A DNA stretch of 63,418 bases, counting the filler, from Octopus bimaculoides (taxonomy: Eukaryota), in NCBI RefSeq assembly GCF_001194135.2. It is 7 parts of 7 records of this genome, joined end to end, with 100 filler letters (N's around TTAATTAATTAA, not from the genome) between each part and the next. Parts side by side here need not be neighbours in the genome. Positions count along the whole stretch, not along the records: positions 1 to 5,899 come from NC_068996.1; positions 6,000 to 28,166 come from NC_068994.1; 5 more parts are not named here. The stretch is one strand, 5' to 3'. Below are positions 1 to 14,669 of the stretch, in pieces. The translations under genes were made by a program, and so were the position numbers. Positions within the stretch are counted from its first letter, which is position 1; every line of letters begins with the position of its first letter. The notes beneath the pieces are model-generated. The model was not told the DNA's origin and searched no databases. It worked only from the letters and a program-made list of their open reading frames with translations.

Positions 1-340
1 TGTGTGTGTCTTTCTTCTTGTACTTCTTTCAGTCATCAAAGTGCGGCCATTCTTGAGCACCGCCTTGAAGAATTTTAATCGGACGAATCAACCCCAGTGC
101 TTTTTTTGTTCCCTAAAAGCCTCGTATTTATTCTATTGGTTCTTTTTGCTGAACCGCTAAGTTACGAAACTTAAACATACTAGCACCGGTTGTGAAGCGG
201 TAAAGGGACACAAAGACATACATGTGCTTCTTTTAATTTCCTTTTACCAAATCCACTCACAAAGCTTTGGTCGAAGACACTTAGCCAAGGAGCCATGTGG
301 TTGGGAAGCAAACTTCTCACCACACCTAGAACTCTTGCTC

Positions 341-411
<71 letters not shown>

Positions 412-413
412 GG

Positions 414-465
<52 letters not shown>

Positions 466-1123
466 CAGCTAGGTATGTATGTATGTATGTATGTAGGTAG
501 ATAGGTAGGTAGGTAGGTAGGTTCGATATATATATAGCATGTTCGTCTAAGAAGAACTATCCCCCCCCCCCTATTACGAAAAACATTTCTATTTAACTTT
601 TTTCCTTTTTTCTTAAACTTTTGACATTAATGATCACCTTCACCTAATTGGAATTTCTATCGTTTGATCTTATTTGAGTTATATCCCTTGTTACAGGTTT
701 CTATATTTTATTGTCACACCAACACAAGTGTGCCACACCGACTTGTTGCTTCATAACATCCAGAGAAAATAGATACTTTTTTCATGAAATTTTCTAGAAA
801 TACGCTCCAGCTGGTGTAGATTTCGAATATCTAGGGATCTATGTGTATTTGTTTTCTGAGCGTGAGGTAGGAGCTTTCAGATATTTCACACCAGTCGGCT
901 TTATTTTCTCATAACGTTCAGAAGGATGGGTAATTTTCTGTTAGATTTTCTATAAATACATTTTAGATGTGTAGAATACGATTTTATCAGAATTTACTAT
1001 GAAAAATAAAATTAGTATGATCGTACACAAAAATACTGACCCACATGTCATATAGCTACGCAATGAAACTTGAAATTTCGAAAATACTATGCGTATCGCT
1101 ATGTATGTATGCGAGTTAACCGC

Positions 1124-1342
<219 letters not shown>

Positions 1343-1375
1343 GAATCCCGATATAATCGTAATCTACACACATTA

Positions 1376-1772
1376 GGCGTAGGAGTGGCTGTGTGGTAAG
1401 TAGCTTGCTTACCAACTACATGGTTCCGGGTTCATTCCCACTGCGTGGCACCTTGGGCAAGTGTCTTCTACTATAGCCTCGGGCCGACCAAAGCCTTGTG
1501 AGTGGATTTGGTAGACGGAAACTGAAAGAAGTCTGTCGTATATATATGTATATATATATATATGTGTGTGTGTATGTTTGTGTGAATGTGTTTGTCCCTC
1601 CATCATCGCTTCACAACCGATGCTGGTGTGTTTACTTCCCCGTAAATTAACGGTTCGGCAATAAGTACTAGGCTTCCAAAAATAAGTCCTGGGGTCGATT
1701 TGCTCGACTAAAGGCGGTGCTCCAGCATGGCCGCAGTCAAATGGCTGAAACAATTAAAAGAGTACAAAAAGA
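1376..1772 (+). mobile_element. tRNA-derived SINE family A, full-length copy
   Basis: Pol III A-box-like TGGCTGTGTGG and B-box-like GGTTCATTCCC, central (TA/TG)n, and a conserved 3' part ending ...CTGAAACAA(G/T)TAAAAGAG. Confidence 0.9.
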
Positions 1773-2426
1773 GAGAGTACCCTGTAGAGAATTTCATAAA
1801 AGATACATCTTTTTTCTGAAAGATATAACGAAACAAATCCAACACGTGTGAATTTTCCGGAACTCGTCATTGCACCCTCGGAAAAACAATTTTCCCATAT
1901 TTTAATATAATCGTAATCTATACCCTCTGAAGCCTATTTGTAGAAAATTGCATTCAAAGATATCCATTTTTCTGGAAGTTATGAGGGGAAAAACCAGGCG
2001 GGCACATTTGTGTAGTTATGCCTTTTTATTTAGGTAATACGGTTTCCTCGGCTCATATGTAGATTCGCTCTGTCTCACGTTACATATACGCGACCCAACC
2101 ATGTTTATATTTTGTATGCATAACACATAACTGAAGTATTTTCCATCAGTAAAAATGTTTTACGTGTAGACACGTGTGCGCGCGCGCACACATTCACACA
2201 CACACATACATCTATACTCAAATATACACACACTTACACACATCCTACATATATACATACACATATTTTAATGAGTATTAATGATTTATAAACTTCAAAT
2301 TATTAAAGTGAAAATATTATCAGAAAACCAATTCCTATTCATCTCTTCACGTACAAAATACTGTATCAAGAACTTCCAATTTCTTATTCATACACACACA
2401 CACACACTCACACACACACAAACACA

Positions 2427-2458
<32 letters not shown>

Positions 2459-2481
2459 TACACACACACCTATACATATAC

Positions 2482-2556
<75 letters not shown>

Positions 2557-2771
2557 GTGTATGCGTTTGTCCCTACCACCATCGCTTGACAGCTGATGTT
2601 GGTGTGTTTACGTCCCCGTAAATTAGCGGTTCGGTTAAAGCGACCGATTGAATAAGTACTAGGCTTACAAAGAATGAGCCCTGGGGTCGATTTGTTCGAC
2701 TAAATGTGGTGCTCCGGCATGGCCGCAAACGAAAGACTGAAACAAATAAAAGAGTAAAAGAATAAATGAAT

Positions 2772-2802
<31 letters not shown>

Positions 2803-2932
2803 TATGTATATAAACACACATGTATATACACATACGTACATAAATATATGTGTGTGTGTACATATGTATGTGTGTATATATGTGTGTATGTGTGTGTATA
2901 TATATTTATAAATACATACAAACACATATATA

Positions 2933-3070
<138 letters not shown>

Positions 3071-3479
3071 AGACGGTGCTCCAATATGGGTTATAGTCTT
3101 GAAGGGTTTTAGTCGGACAAATTGGCCCCACGACTTATATTTCATGACCTAGTACTTGCTCTATCGGTTTCTTTTAGGCGGACGTATACAAACCGGTTGT
3201 CAAGACACACACAGATATATATACACACAAATATATAAAACGATGCTCTAGCATGGCTACCGTAAAATGAGTGAAACAAGTTATTAAAGAATATATATAT
3301 ATATATACAGTGGTCGTGGGGTAACAGTCTTCTTCCAGTTTCCGTCTACCAAACCCAGTCACGAAGCTCTGGTTGGACTGAGGCTGTAGCAGAAGGCATT
3401 TTCCAATGGTGCATCGCAGCGGGACTGAAACTGGAACCATTTGGTTAGAATATTAAGCATATGCATACCTTTGTTTTCG

Positions 3480-3798
3480 AACATACACTCGTGTTTTCTT
3501 CATAGGTATAAATAACCGTATGGGAATATCAGCGGTCAGTATCCTTTCGTTTACGCACGCCGTACGGCTTCGCTTTCTAGCAAGTGGCTGTTCTTACCAG
3601 ACACATTCCTAAGGGCGCGCGAGCTTCGTTTCTATTGTACCACTAAACTGCCAACTAACACTAATGCATATACTGACCATACGTGCGAATAAAAACAGTA
3701 AACAATATCCCCCCCCCCCATGTTCACTATTACGCCATCCCACACACATTGTACAATTTAAATGTAACACAACCCGTTACATTTGGTAACCCCCGACG
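3480..3798 (+). mobile_element. LTR-retrotransposon 5' LTR end with tRNA-Trp-like primer-binding site
   Basis: TATAAATA (~3507) and AATAAA (~3688), LTR-type end ...GTTACA (3781), then TGGTAACCCCCGACG (3784-3798), close to the canonical tRNA-Trp PBS TGGTGACCCCGACGTGAT. LTR start is approximate and no intact gag is seen. Confidence 0.55.
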
Positions 3799-4164
3799 CC
3801 AGAACAACAGGATTCCGTTACACACGGAATCGAAGGATCGAGGTGTAGGAAGAAAGTCGGCTTCAAGCAATCCGTACAGAATTAAAAAAAAGGAACTTTC
3901 AGGAACAGTAGTGCTTTATTGAGGTGGAAGGTTGTGGATTTTTTTTTTTTTTCGTATCGAAGTACGATAAACTGGAAAAAAAAAAAGATTTATATTTCAC
4001 GGTAGGGTGCCAGGTATGCAAATAAGAATACAAGGGTTAAGGAATGAAGTAGATAATATCGGGGTTACGTATATTTCCTAGGGAGCGGAACCTGGGAAGT
4101 GGTAAATATCCAGGCGAGGTGTATACCGCAGGGTACTCTTCAGGTCAAGGGTATCTTGATCAAG

Positions 4165-4219
<55 letters not shown>

Positions 4220-4914
4220 AATGTATGTGTGCTGTTTCAGTCATTAGACTGCGGTCATGCTGGAGCACCGACTTGATTAGCTTTTCATTGAATGTATTGA
4301 CACCAGTACTTGTTCTATTTTAAGCCTGGTACTAATCCTATTGGTTACTTTTGCTGGACCGCTAGTTAACAGGGACGTAAACACACAAGCACCGGATGTC
4401 AAGCGGTGGTGGTGGTGGTGGGGTACAAACACAGACACAAAGGCATGCACAAGCACACACACACACACATACACACACACACACACACACATACACACAC
4501 ACACATATAAACATACGATGGGTTTCTTTCAGTTTCTATTTACCAAATCTACTCACAAGGTTTTGGTCAGCCCAAGGCATTTGCGCAGGTGCCATGCAGA
4601 GGGCCTGAACCCGGAACAATGTGGTTTTGGAAACAAATTTCTTGCCACACAGCCACGCTTGTGTCATAGCCTCTTTCTTATGGTCATTTCATCATGTTAA
4701 ACCGTTAATCCCCAAACATTTTTTGTCTTTCTCTGTCTTTTCGTTCTCTCTTCATTTTTTCCCTCTCATCCTTTTCCGTCAAAGAGCATAGGCTCGAAAC
4801 GTCAAAGACTTTTCCTTTCTTCCTGAGCGTCAAACTAATACATCTGCTTGTAGTTCCCTCACCAGTCTTCGTCTTTTGTTTTCTGTAAATTTGAACTATA
4901 CAAGGTGGTATCAA

Positions 4915-5400
4915 AATGTTCCCGGACTAGCTATGTTCACCTAAGTTTTAACATCATATCATTCGAAATAGTTACCTTGCGCAGCAATACACCTATCCGA
5001 GTGTTCCTGCCACTTTTGGAATCCCGCCTGGAAGTTGTTTTTCGTAAGTGAGTCAAATACCTTCTGCTATTTGCTCTGGATCTCGACAACGGTGTTAAAA
5101 CGGTAACCTTTGAGCTGCATTTTCATCCTGGGGAAGAGATGGGAATTCGCAGGTGCTAAATCTGGCGAATAGAGAGGTGTGGAAGCGATACCATTTTGTC
5201 GTTGGCGAGAAACTCACGACTGAGCAGAGCTCGGTGAAGAATTTAATTCTTCGCTCTTTACAGATCCGGTCGATTTCACCGAATGCCTTCCCTCAAAATA
5301 TTTCAAACGTCGCAGTAGAACTCCCGATTGATGGTCTGGCTTTGGGAGATGAGTTCTCGATGCACAATATCACATTTCCGTGACTGACGCTCGTGCCAGG
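4915..5400 (-). mobile_element. Mariner (DD34D-type) transposase pseudogene fragment
   Basis: Minus translation contains LYSPDLAPANSHLFP-MKMQLKGYRFNTVVEIQ...FQKWQEHSDRCIAAQGNYFE, the mariner C-terminus, with stops. Confidence 0.85.
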
Positions 5401-5473
5401 TCTTCCAGATCGCTCATGTGGATCTCACCTTTACATATAATGTGTGTGTGAGTGTGTGAGTGCACTTTATGTG

Positions 5474-5507
<34 letters not shown>

Positions 5508-5829
5508 ACTCTGTCTGTGTTTGTCCCCCACAGGACTTGATACTGCGACTAGTTGGGCTTCAAGAGCGCGCACCTCTTCAGTGTTCTCTTCAAAATCCTG
5601 AGAGATATTTGTAGGAAAAGAAATGAACCAACTTAACACATTGCAAATATCCGTTAGTGGAGCACTGAAAATATGCAAGACTTTTCTCGGGTTTTTAAAT
5701 GTGAAGCTGTTTTTATCTACATTTCAGTAATGGAGCTTTGCATCTCTGTTAGAAACCAATCCCTTCTTCACAAGAAGAATTTAAGTAATTAAAAAGACAA
5801 GACAACATACATACATGTATATATATATA

Positions 5830-5899
<70 letters not shown>

Positions 5900-5943
5900 N
5901 NNNNNNNNNNNNNNNNNNNNNNNNNNNNNNNNNNNNNNNNNNN

Positions 5944-5955
5944 TTAATTAATTAA
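5944..5955. other. Assembly gap marker TTAATTAATTAA (artefact)
   Basis: An identical 12-mer embedded in N runs at 5944, 28211, 36700, 45707, 51407 and 62300. It encodes stops in all six frames. Confidence 0.95.
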
Positions 5956-6699
5956 NNNNNNNNNNNNNNNNNNNNNNNNNNNNNNNNNNNNNNNNNNNNA
6001 TATATATACATATATATATATAAGAAATTAAAGAACAAAAATGCACTCACTTTACATAGTTTTAATATATATTTTTTAATATGTTTTACACTGTAACCGG
6101 TTTCGTTTTTGCTAAGCATGACATTAAAGTTATTTTAATTACATATTTTCGTAAGTAAAATTCTTTTTTGTCCATGTTGTGTGTGGAGTTTATGAATGAA
6201 TGATTGAACAAGTAGAAGAACCTAAGGGGAGGTGATCATTATTATTCAGGACAGGAGAGATAATTGTTCATCTTTTGGTAGGGAGAGAGAAAATATACAC
6301 AAAAATTCAAAAGCTAGAGTAGTGGGGAGAAGTATGTACAATGATGGTTATGTTAACGTGAATTAAAATATGTATAGAGATCAAAGTTGGTTATGCGTGC
6401 ATATTTAGACATGTTCTGTATTTTTTGCTGAATAAATTTTCTTTATTTAAATGTTCTTGTATAGAAATTGTATCTTTGCACTGGTAGAAGGGGAAAACTC
6501 TGAAATTTAAGTTTGATGTTACCTGCACATCTCCTTCTGTATTCACTTAAAGGAATCTGTCTGTATTGTGGGAACCAGATCTGCTCATGATGTAGAGTGG
6601 TTCTCCGTCACAATGTCGTATATTTATATATACAGAGTGTGATGTGTAAATTGTTGCCATTTTATATATTTAATTTCATTCATGCACTGTGCTTGCTTT

Positions 6700-7335
6700 T
6701 GATTTTGTTGACTACACAGTATAGTAGGGTCATTTGGGCACTGCTTGTGAGAAAACCAACAGTATGACACAATTCACTCTGCCAAAACTTTGGAAATGAC
6801 ATGCTGCACTGCTTGGAATTTGCACTGGAAGCTCGAATACAAACATTTCAGAGTGTTTGGGTGTCAATCTGAGGATATGTACTGAGAGTGATAAAAATCA
6901 AACATCCAGTCAACAACATGGTACTTGGAGTGATCACTAGTGATGGCGACATTATGCCTCCATTCATCTTCTCACACCACCTCAGACTCAGCATGGAGGT
7001 CTACATCAAGTGCCTGGAGGGAGTAGTACTGCCCTAGTTCAAGAGGGTGGCTGCTGGCAGACCCTATGTCTGGCAATAGGACTCTGCACCATGCCACACA
7101 AGCAGGAGAATCCAGTCGTGACTGTCAGGCAATTTCTGCAACCCCATCACCTCTAACATCTGGCCACGTAACTCCCCAGACTGCAACCTCCTTGATTATT
7201 ATGTGTGGGGTGCACTTGAGTGAGAGACCAACACAACTCCTTGTAACACTAAAGATGAACTTAAGGCAATGATTATGGCAGCATTTACCAACGTAAACAT
7301 CCAGAAGAGTTGCAGGTGATTCCGTCGTCGTCTAG
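6700..7335 (+). mobile_element. Tc1/mariner maT-family (DD37D) transposase pseudogene
   Basis: Plus translation: ...VITSDGDIMPPFIF...YVWQ*DSAPCHTSRRIQS*LSGNFCNPITSNIWPRNSPDCNLLDYYVW...KDELKAMIMAAF. There are 37 residues between the second and third catalytic Asp, plus several stops. Confidence 0.85.
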
Positions 7336-7789
7336 GTGAACACACAGATAGAATATATAAGTAGAGAACCAGAAATTATGGGGAGGTTTGTTACATTTGA
7401 TGGTGCATATGGAAAGACTGTTATACTATCAGAAAATGTACTGCCTGTATATAAATAAATACAGTACATATAGAGAAAGAATAAGATATAAGAATGAGAA
7501 GAGATTGAGGAAGAGATGGTTGGTGGGTAGAAGAGTGGTAGTTAAATTAATAAACATTTGAGTGATTTTAAAAATTGAGCTATAATTAAATTGAACATTC
7601 TTCTCTTCCTTCTACCAATAGTATTCCTTACAAATATTTAACTATGCATGTGTTCAACAACTGTAACTTAAATGTAGAGTGTGTATAAAAATACAATGAT
7701 ATATATGCATATATATATAATATAATATAAATAATATATAAATATGCATATATACATACATATATGTACATACCTACGTATATATGTAT

Positions 7790-8330
7790 ATATACATGCA
7801 TGTATGGGTACAGGACATCAAAAAAACGTGGACAAAATGAGAAACGAAAACATAGAAAACGAACTTTTTTTCGAACAACGAAAAAAACAAACAAACAAAC
7901 ACAGAAACAAGACGTTCAACATAAAGAACATTCCCTTCATCAGTTGTCCCCTGTTTTATCTACTCCGCATTTCGAAGGTAAGGACAAGATGCGACTTCGT
8001 TAAAACAGTTCTTCCCACAAAGGAAATTAAATAAAATTTGGGATTTTTTGTGGAGAGTGGTAACAAAAACAGGACAGTGAGAACAAAACAGTAAAAATAA
8101 ATGTTGAGGGCTGTTAAGCCAAGACAATGTGAAGTGGTGAACGCTGGAAAAACGAGCTTTGAGAAGAGACAGATAAAAGCATGTCTTGTCTTTAGGAAGA
8201 AAGTGGAAGAAAGAGAGAATGGGCGTTAGCCACGTGTGATCAACGAGAGAGTCAAGGAGGGAGAGTGAGAAAGAGGGAACGGTGAAGGGGAGAGGAGAAG
8301 AATAGAGAAAGGGTGGGAGAGAAAAACAGA
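7790..8330 (-). mobile_element. Penelope-like element 3' remnant
   Basis: Minus translation near 8100-8170 gives ...HHFTLSWLNSPQHLF, resembling the TLxPxGLN end of PLE GIY-YIG endonucleases. It is followed by broken hammerhead pieces (CTGTTTTAAC...GAAA...GTA GATAAAACAG; CTGATGA). Related partial copies lie at ~15120-15240 and ~48955-49075. Confidence 0.5.
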
Positions 8331-8357
8331 AAGGAAGAATATCTGTATATCTATCTG

Positions 8358-8390
<33 letters not shown>

Positions 8391-8438
8391 ACACACACAC
8401 ACACACATATAAAGATATATATATGTGTATATGTATAT

Positions 8439-8494
<56 letters not shown>

Positions 8495-11194
8495 TAATGT
8501 CTCTTTTCCATGCTAGCACAGTTTGACAGGAGCCAGCAAGCCAGAGGACTGTGCCAAGGTCTAATGATTGCTTTGGCATAGTTTCTATGGCTGGATGCAC
8601 TTACTAACACCAACCACTTTACAGAATGTTTATTACATGTTATATATATTATGTAAAGCAAGAAAATCACATGAGATTAAATGTAAGTAAACTGGACAAA
8701 TATAAAGTTAATGATTAGAATATTTTATACTGATAGACCTTTTTGTTGCAGTTTATATAGTCGTCATTGATAATTTAGTTTTTATTACAATTGAACAGAT
8801 GCCTGTACCTTTAACTGCTGTGTATGTATATAGAACACACATAAGTATGAAATAGTCATAACTGAAATGATTTTGATTGAAGCTCTACTCAACTATGTTT
8901 AATCTGGGGTTAAACAAGAACATCAGCAAATCACATACACAAGCACACATACACATGCATACACATACACATGCACACAAGTACACTCCCACACATGCGT
9001 ATTTGTGTATTATATGTGTATTTGTAAACCAAGAATAGAGGGTATATGTTCTCTCATGACTTGCTAGATATAATAGCCAAATCTTGAGAGCACACTCTAC
9101 TGTTTTGAAAAAAGAGAACAGAACACTTTGAAGAACATGGTCCTATATACATTATACTGAAACCAAAAGATAGGCTTAGCTTAGCTGAAGGACTTTGATT
9201 GTAGGTTATCTTGGCCAAGATTTAGTAACATAACAGAGATATGCAACAGTGATTGAAATACTCACTATACAATTTTAGTTATAATAGGCAATGATCAAAA
9301 ATCCTTAATATAGACTTCAGTTTTGCTTTGTTTTCCTCTTTTTTTTAAAAATTTCTACACCATACCATTTCTTCAAACCATGTCAGAATTATTTAATGAT
9401 AGTTGCCACTGAAGAATGACTCCTCTCTCTTTGCTAAGTCTGTAATACAAGTTTAACCCTTTAGCATTCAGATAGTGTCAAATGCTTATTTATTCACATT
9501 ATTTTGAATTAACCATGCATTATCTCATAGCTTTGAGATTTCGATGGTGTGATTGTTTTATTTTAAGAATGACATTGTAGGCCAGATTTGGTTGGTTTGA
9601 ACATAAAACAGGTAGAATATTTTGACCAGATATGGCTGGTGTGAATGCTAAAGGATTAATTCCTGGTTTGTATCATGTTGGTTATTTCATTTGTTTCTCT
9701 GTATTTTATCACTTGGGTTAAGTTTTTGTACAGTAAAGTTTGATGCAAGTAAGTATTCAGTGTCCAGTTTTATATAGTCTAGCTTCAGAAGATCACTTCC
9801 GTCTTCCCATCAAGCTCGAAGTCTCTGCAAAGAATCAGGGCACTCCCCTTTCTCTTCCGTGATAAGTCATTAAAACAGACCAAATAAATAAATAAAGAAA
9901 ATGAAAAGTAAAGAAAAAAAAAAAGTGAATCATGACTATAGTGAGTAGCTTTGGATTAATGGGACTGACAAAGCTAAATTCACTTTGATACATGGGTCAA
10001 AAAATGAACTTCTTCATTGCTGCATAGCTTGCTAGAAATATCAGTTATATCTCCCTCAACTTATGCCTTTCCATCAACAAAAAGGAAGGATCTGGTTAAT
10101 ACTGTTGTCCAAAAGATATAAAAAGAAAAGTTAGATGATCATAACTGGAAGCCTTTGTGATAGGTTTGTTTAAACAGGAATAATTCAGAGCTAAACAACA
10201 ACTATATCAATAGCTACAAGCTAATAAAGAAGTCACTATGTGGTTGCTAAGCTTACTACCAATAGTAGCCAGATTTCCCTCAAATCACACCCTATCATCC
10301 TAAAAAAAACTAGGAAAGCATATTACTGGATAATGTAGTTCAGAGTACATTATACCTAGAAAAAGGAGACAGGATGTTCACAGCTGGAATGTCATTGATC
10401 ATAGGTCTGCTCAATCAGAGCTGACCCAGACCTGAATAACAACAACAACAACATGATGATAAACCATTTGATGGCAGCCTACTGACTCATTAAGGTTTAT
10501 GACATATTTGAAAGAACTCAGTTTCCATATTCTAAAGCAGCAAATTAATAATCAATTCCTTGATAGTTTTGGTGCCTATTATTATATTCACCCTCTTTTT
10601 TCTTTCTATTAGACCGTTTATTGTTCTTTGTTTCTGAATATTAGCTAGTTTGGAGTAACTATTGACTATCTCATATATCATATCCATGATAAGGGAATGA
10701 CAAATATGGCTGGCAAATACGGTTGCTGACTATAACTAAAATGAGTATGCATCATTTCTAAAATATATACAAATATACTGCTTGACTCTCAATTAAATTA
10801 CTAAGGCAATGTTTAGAACATTGTTCAGGATTATGTCTCCACAGATGAGATACAAAACCACAGCACTTCATCAACTTAATATGCTGTCATCTTATACACT
10901 TTCCCAGGCTAAGCTAACGCTGTTCTCTTTCTCCCTTCCCCTCACTCTGCACTCTGTGAACATTCTTTTATTCATTTATTCTTTTATTTGTTTCAGTCAT
11001 TAGACTTCAGCCATGCTGGAGCACTAGCACGAAGCATTTTAATCACAACCCACCTTCACATCAGTGCTTATTTGTTGTTTTAAGTCTGGTATTTATTCTA
11101 AGGGTTTCTTTTGTCAAACTGCTAGGTTGCAAGGATTTAAACACACCAGTTGTCAAGTAGTGATTGGGGACAAACACAGACAGACAGTCAGTCA

Positions 11195-11230
<36 letters not shown>

Positions 11231-11984
11231 CACCTATGTGTATATATATATGTATCTATATTTAATAAAAACAGATGAATTGCACAGTTCTATATTTAAG
11301 AGATGAGGAATTATGTACATTATTTACATAATTTATGTTGTGTTAACAAGAAACAAGACGAGGACAAATATCCGTCAAATGTAAATAATGCAAATAATAT
11401 AGATGATGTGGTTCACTACTGATGAAAACTCATTTTCATCAGGTGAATACAGGTAAGAATTAACAATTAGAACTTGATGCGTTCACTATTTAAATACCTG
11501 ATTCTCTTGAGTCCTGGACATTTTTAATATCTCTTCCCCCTCTCTCTCCATTTTATGGAGGATGTGCTTTTTGATACCAGATCTTTCGGTTGATTATTAG
11601 AACTTGCAAAAGCATAGTGTGCCCTTTCTAAAAATCAAGACACACATCTTGTATACTACTTAATATAGCTTCTATTAAATATCTGTCAATAAGGAATGGA
11701 AGGAGAAAAAGAAAAATGAAAGAGCAACTTATCCTATAATATGTGTCTGTGCAAGAGGGTGGAGAAGTATATGTGTTGATATGTGATGGCATGAAGGTAT
11801 GTCCTATCTGAAATATAATATGCAAAGATGTGAAGGCTTTTGATTACATATAAAAACATAACTGAATATATGTATATAAATGCATCCACTTATTTTTATC
11901 TCTTACTTGTTTCAGTCATTGGACTGTGGTTATTCTGCAGCACTGCATTGAAGGCTTTATCAAACAAAACAGTTCAAGTACTTA

Positions 11985-11986
11985 TT

Positions 11987-12036
<50 letters not shown>

Positions 12037-12600
12037 TATTACTATTATTATTATTGAGTGAGAGAGCAGTGCATGCCATCAAAGTGACACTGGTACAAAT
12101 TCATGAAGTCCAGTATACCCGTCTGATAAGGGTATACCAGGCACATGTATCACAACCATATGTGTGCAACATGGTGATCTCATATCAAGATAATTAGTGC
12201 ATGACCTTGCAGGTGGGGCCCAGTTAGAATTCTCTTCAGGTTGAGTAGCCTATCCCACTTAAAAGGTCCCTGAATAAGGGTTGTTTAAGGATGTTGAACA
12301 AAACACCCATGTTTCCAGAGGTGAATTATTTAAACTCCATGGCTATGTTGCTCCCCACTGCTTCTGCTCATGATCAAAGAAGCACATATGTCAGTCACTA
12401 AGGGACATGTTCAACTGGTTAAGGTCAAACAACTGACGAGTAAATCTGTGGTATTGAGCAGAATATTTGCTGTAGCCCATCTTTTATACCAAGACAAAAC
12501 AATGTACATGATAACACTTCCAATCAATTAAGATCAGAAGCCATGAGAGCCACTGCCTGGTACTGCATCAGGATATTTATTATTATTATTATTATTATTT
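11985..12600. repeat. ~530-bp interspersed-repeat-like segment flanked by (ATT)n tracts
   Basis: A higher-GC, non-coding block bracketed on both sides by ATT microsatellite, as expected for a retroposed insertion. Only one copy in the window, so the family is inferred. Confidence 0.4.
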
Positions 12601-14546
12601 ATTTTTTTTTTAACAGTCTGGTACTTATTTTGTTGGTCTCTTTTGCTGAACTTTTAAAGTACTAGAACATAAACAAACCAATGCTTCAATTAATTCACAA
12701 ATGCTTCATGTTTCAGGTGTCCATCATTTGATTTCGAAAATCATTAGAGCTCAAAAAAAAAAAGTAAATAAAAAAATAAAAACTAAAAACAAAACTATCA
12801 GTACATAAAATTCACTAGCATCCGTAAGAAATATCTTTAAAAATTAAATGACTAATTTGTGAAAATTTAAGAGAAAATTTGTTAATTAATATTATAGTTT
12901 TTAGTCTAAATGTTGTAAAGAAAAAACAAACTTAGGATAAAAAAAAAAAAGTGACACCAGACAAGTTAATTGTAACTAAAATTTTCTTAAAATATTTCAT
13001 AACTGAATCATCATCATCATCAACATCATCATCTCACATCTGCTTTTCCAAACTGTCAGGATTTGAATGAATTTTCTGAAGCATTATTTTGTGGTTGGAT
13101 GCCCTTCCGACCCACCTCCTCAGTCACCGATGTTTTTTTTAGTCATTTCTTCAACATACAAGAACACAGTGTAACTATTTCAAAATTTGGGTACACACAG
13201 AGAGAGAGAGTAATAAGACTTTCATAAGTGAAATAGCTGAAATATTAATCTAGTTCATCAAGGAGTTAGATCGTTACTAGAAATTATAATTAAACCATTC
13301 TCATATTACTGCTCTTTGTTTCTCTTTCATTTTTTACTTTAATTTTACTTATTTATTTCTTGTGCTTATTTCAGTCATTGAACAGAAGCCATGCTGGAGG
13401 ATTTGTTTAAATTCTTCTTTTTTAAGTCTAGTACTTATTCTATTGATTCCTTTTACAGAACTGCTAAACTTGAAGGATGTAAACAAACCAACACTAGTTG
13501 TCAAGCGGAGGATGAGGAACAAACATAGACGCAAAAACACACACACACAGAGTGACACATGCACAATGATGCACACACAAACATGCACACACACATATAT
13601 TCTATGTGGCAGGTTTCCACACAGCTTTCCTCTACAAATTTACCAAATACACTCACAAGCCCCAGGGTTTATAGTAGAAGACATTAGCTTGAGGTTCAAT
13701 GTATAATGCTGTGGGACTGAACCCAAAACCATATGGTTGCAAAGTGAGATTCTAAACCACATAGTCATGTAAAATTATATTTCACATTACAATCATTAAT
13801 TTGAGACAGAAAATAATAAATGACATGAGTATTAAAAGCAATACTTTGGTACAGAAAACAGCAAATGATATACTGCTATTAGATTTAAGTTGTTATAATG
13901 TAGACAGATCTTATGGACAGTAAATGCTACAAGCCTTTACTAAGCCCCGTCTCAGCCCTGATTAAGCAAGCTTATTTTCTAAGTATTCCAGTCATGACTA
14001 TTCCATCATTTTCTCCAGCATATTAAGGACTATGTTATCAAATGTGTACATCCATTTTTAAAAAAATATAATCTATGATTGTGTATGACTTCAGAGATAT
14101 TTCTATATTTGTATTTGATTAAGTGACCACACTGAGGTTCATTGTTTAAAAAATAACTGCAGATATTTTGGACTGCAAGACCCTCCTTTTAAGAAACTGG
14201 ATTAAAGAAGGATAAAAGCTTTTGAATGCTTTATTAACATGAATAAAGGTTATGAGCTAATTTACCACTAGCCAAAGGATTGAATATATGTATGTATGTG
14301 AATGAGTATGTGCATACATGTGTATGCTTTTATCTACATGTGTATGCATGTGTGTGTGTACATATGTGTGTGTGTGCATATGTATAATAATGTTATTATG
14401 TTTGCTTAAATATAAAAATATCAACCTGAAGAATTATGCAATACCTTTTAGAAGATTAGATGTTTATCAACTTTTACAAGAAGCGTGACAGTGATTTTGA
14501 AGTTTCAGACTGCTTACCTTCACCAGACTGTACATAATATATATAG

Positions 14547-14669
<123 letters not shown>

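Noticed and set aside
1376-1450. tRNA gene calls from A/B-box motifs
   Set aside because: They are SINE heads without a complete cloverleaf, continuing into SINE bodies.
4775-4810. GAG-CATAGG-CTC GAAAC GTC hammerhead half
   Set aside because: The CUGANGA core is absent, so it cannot be called a ribozyme.
5944-5955. Recurrent TTAATTAATTAA palindrome as a possible regulatory motif
   Set aside because: Always embedded in N runs; an assembly marker.
11418-11441. CTGATGAAAA-CTCA-TTTTCATCAG hairpin containing CTGATGA
   Set aside because: A simple 10-bp inverted repeat with no GAAA or stem III.
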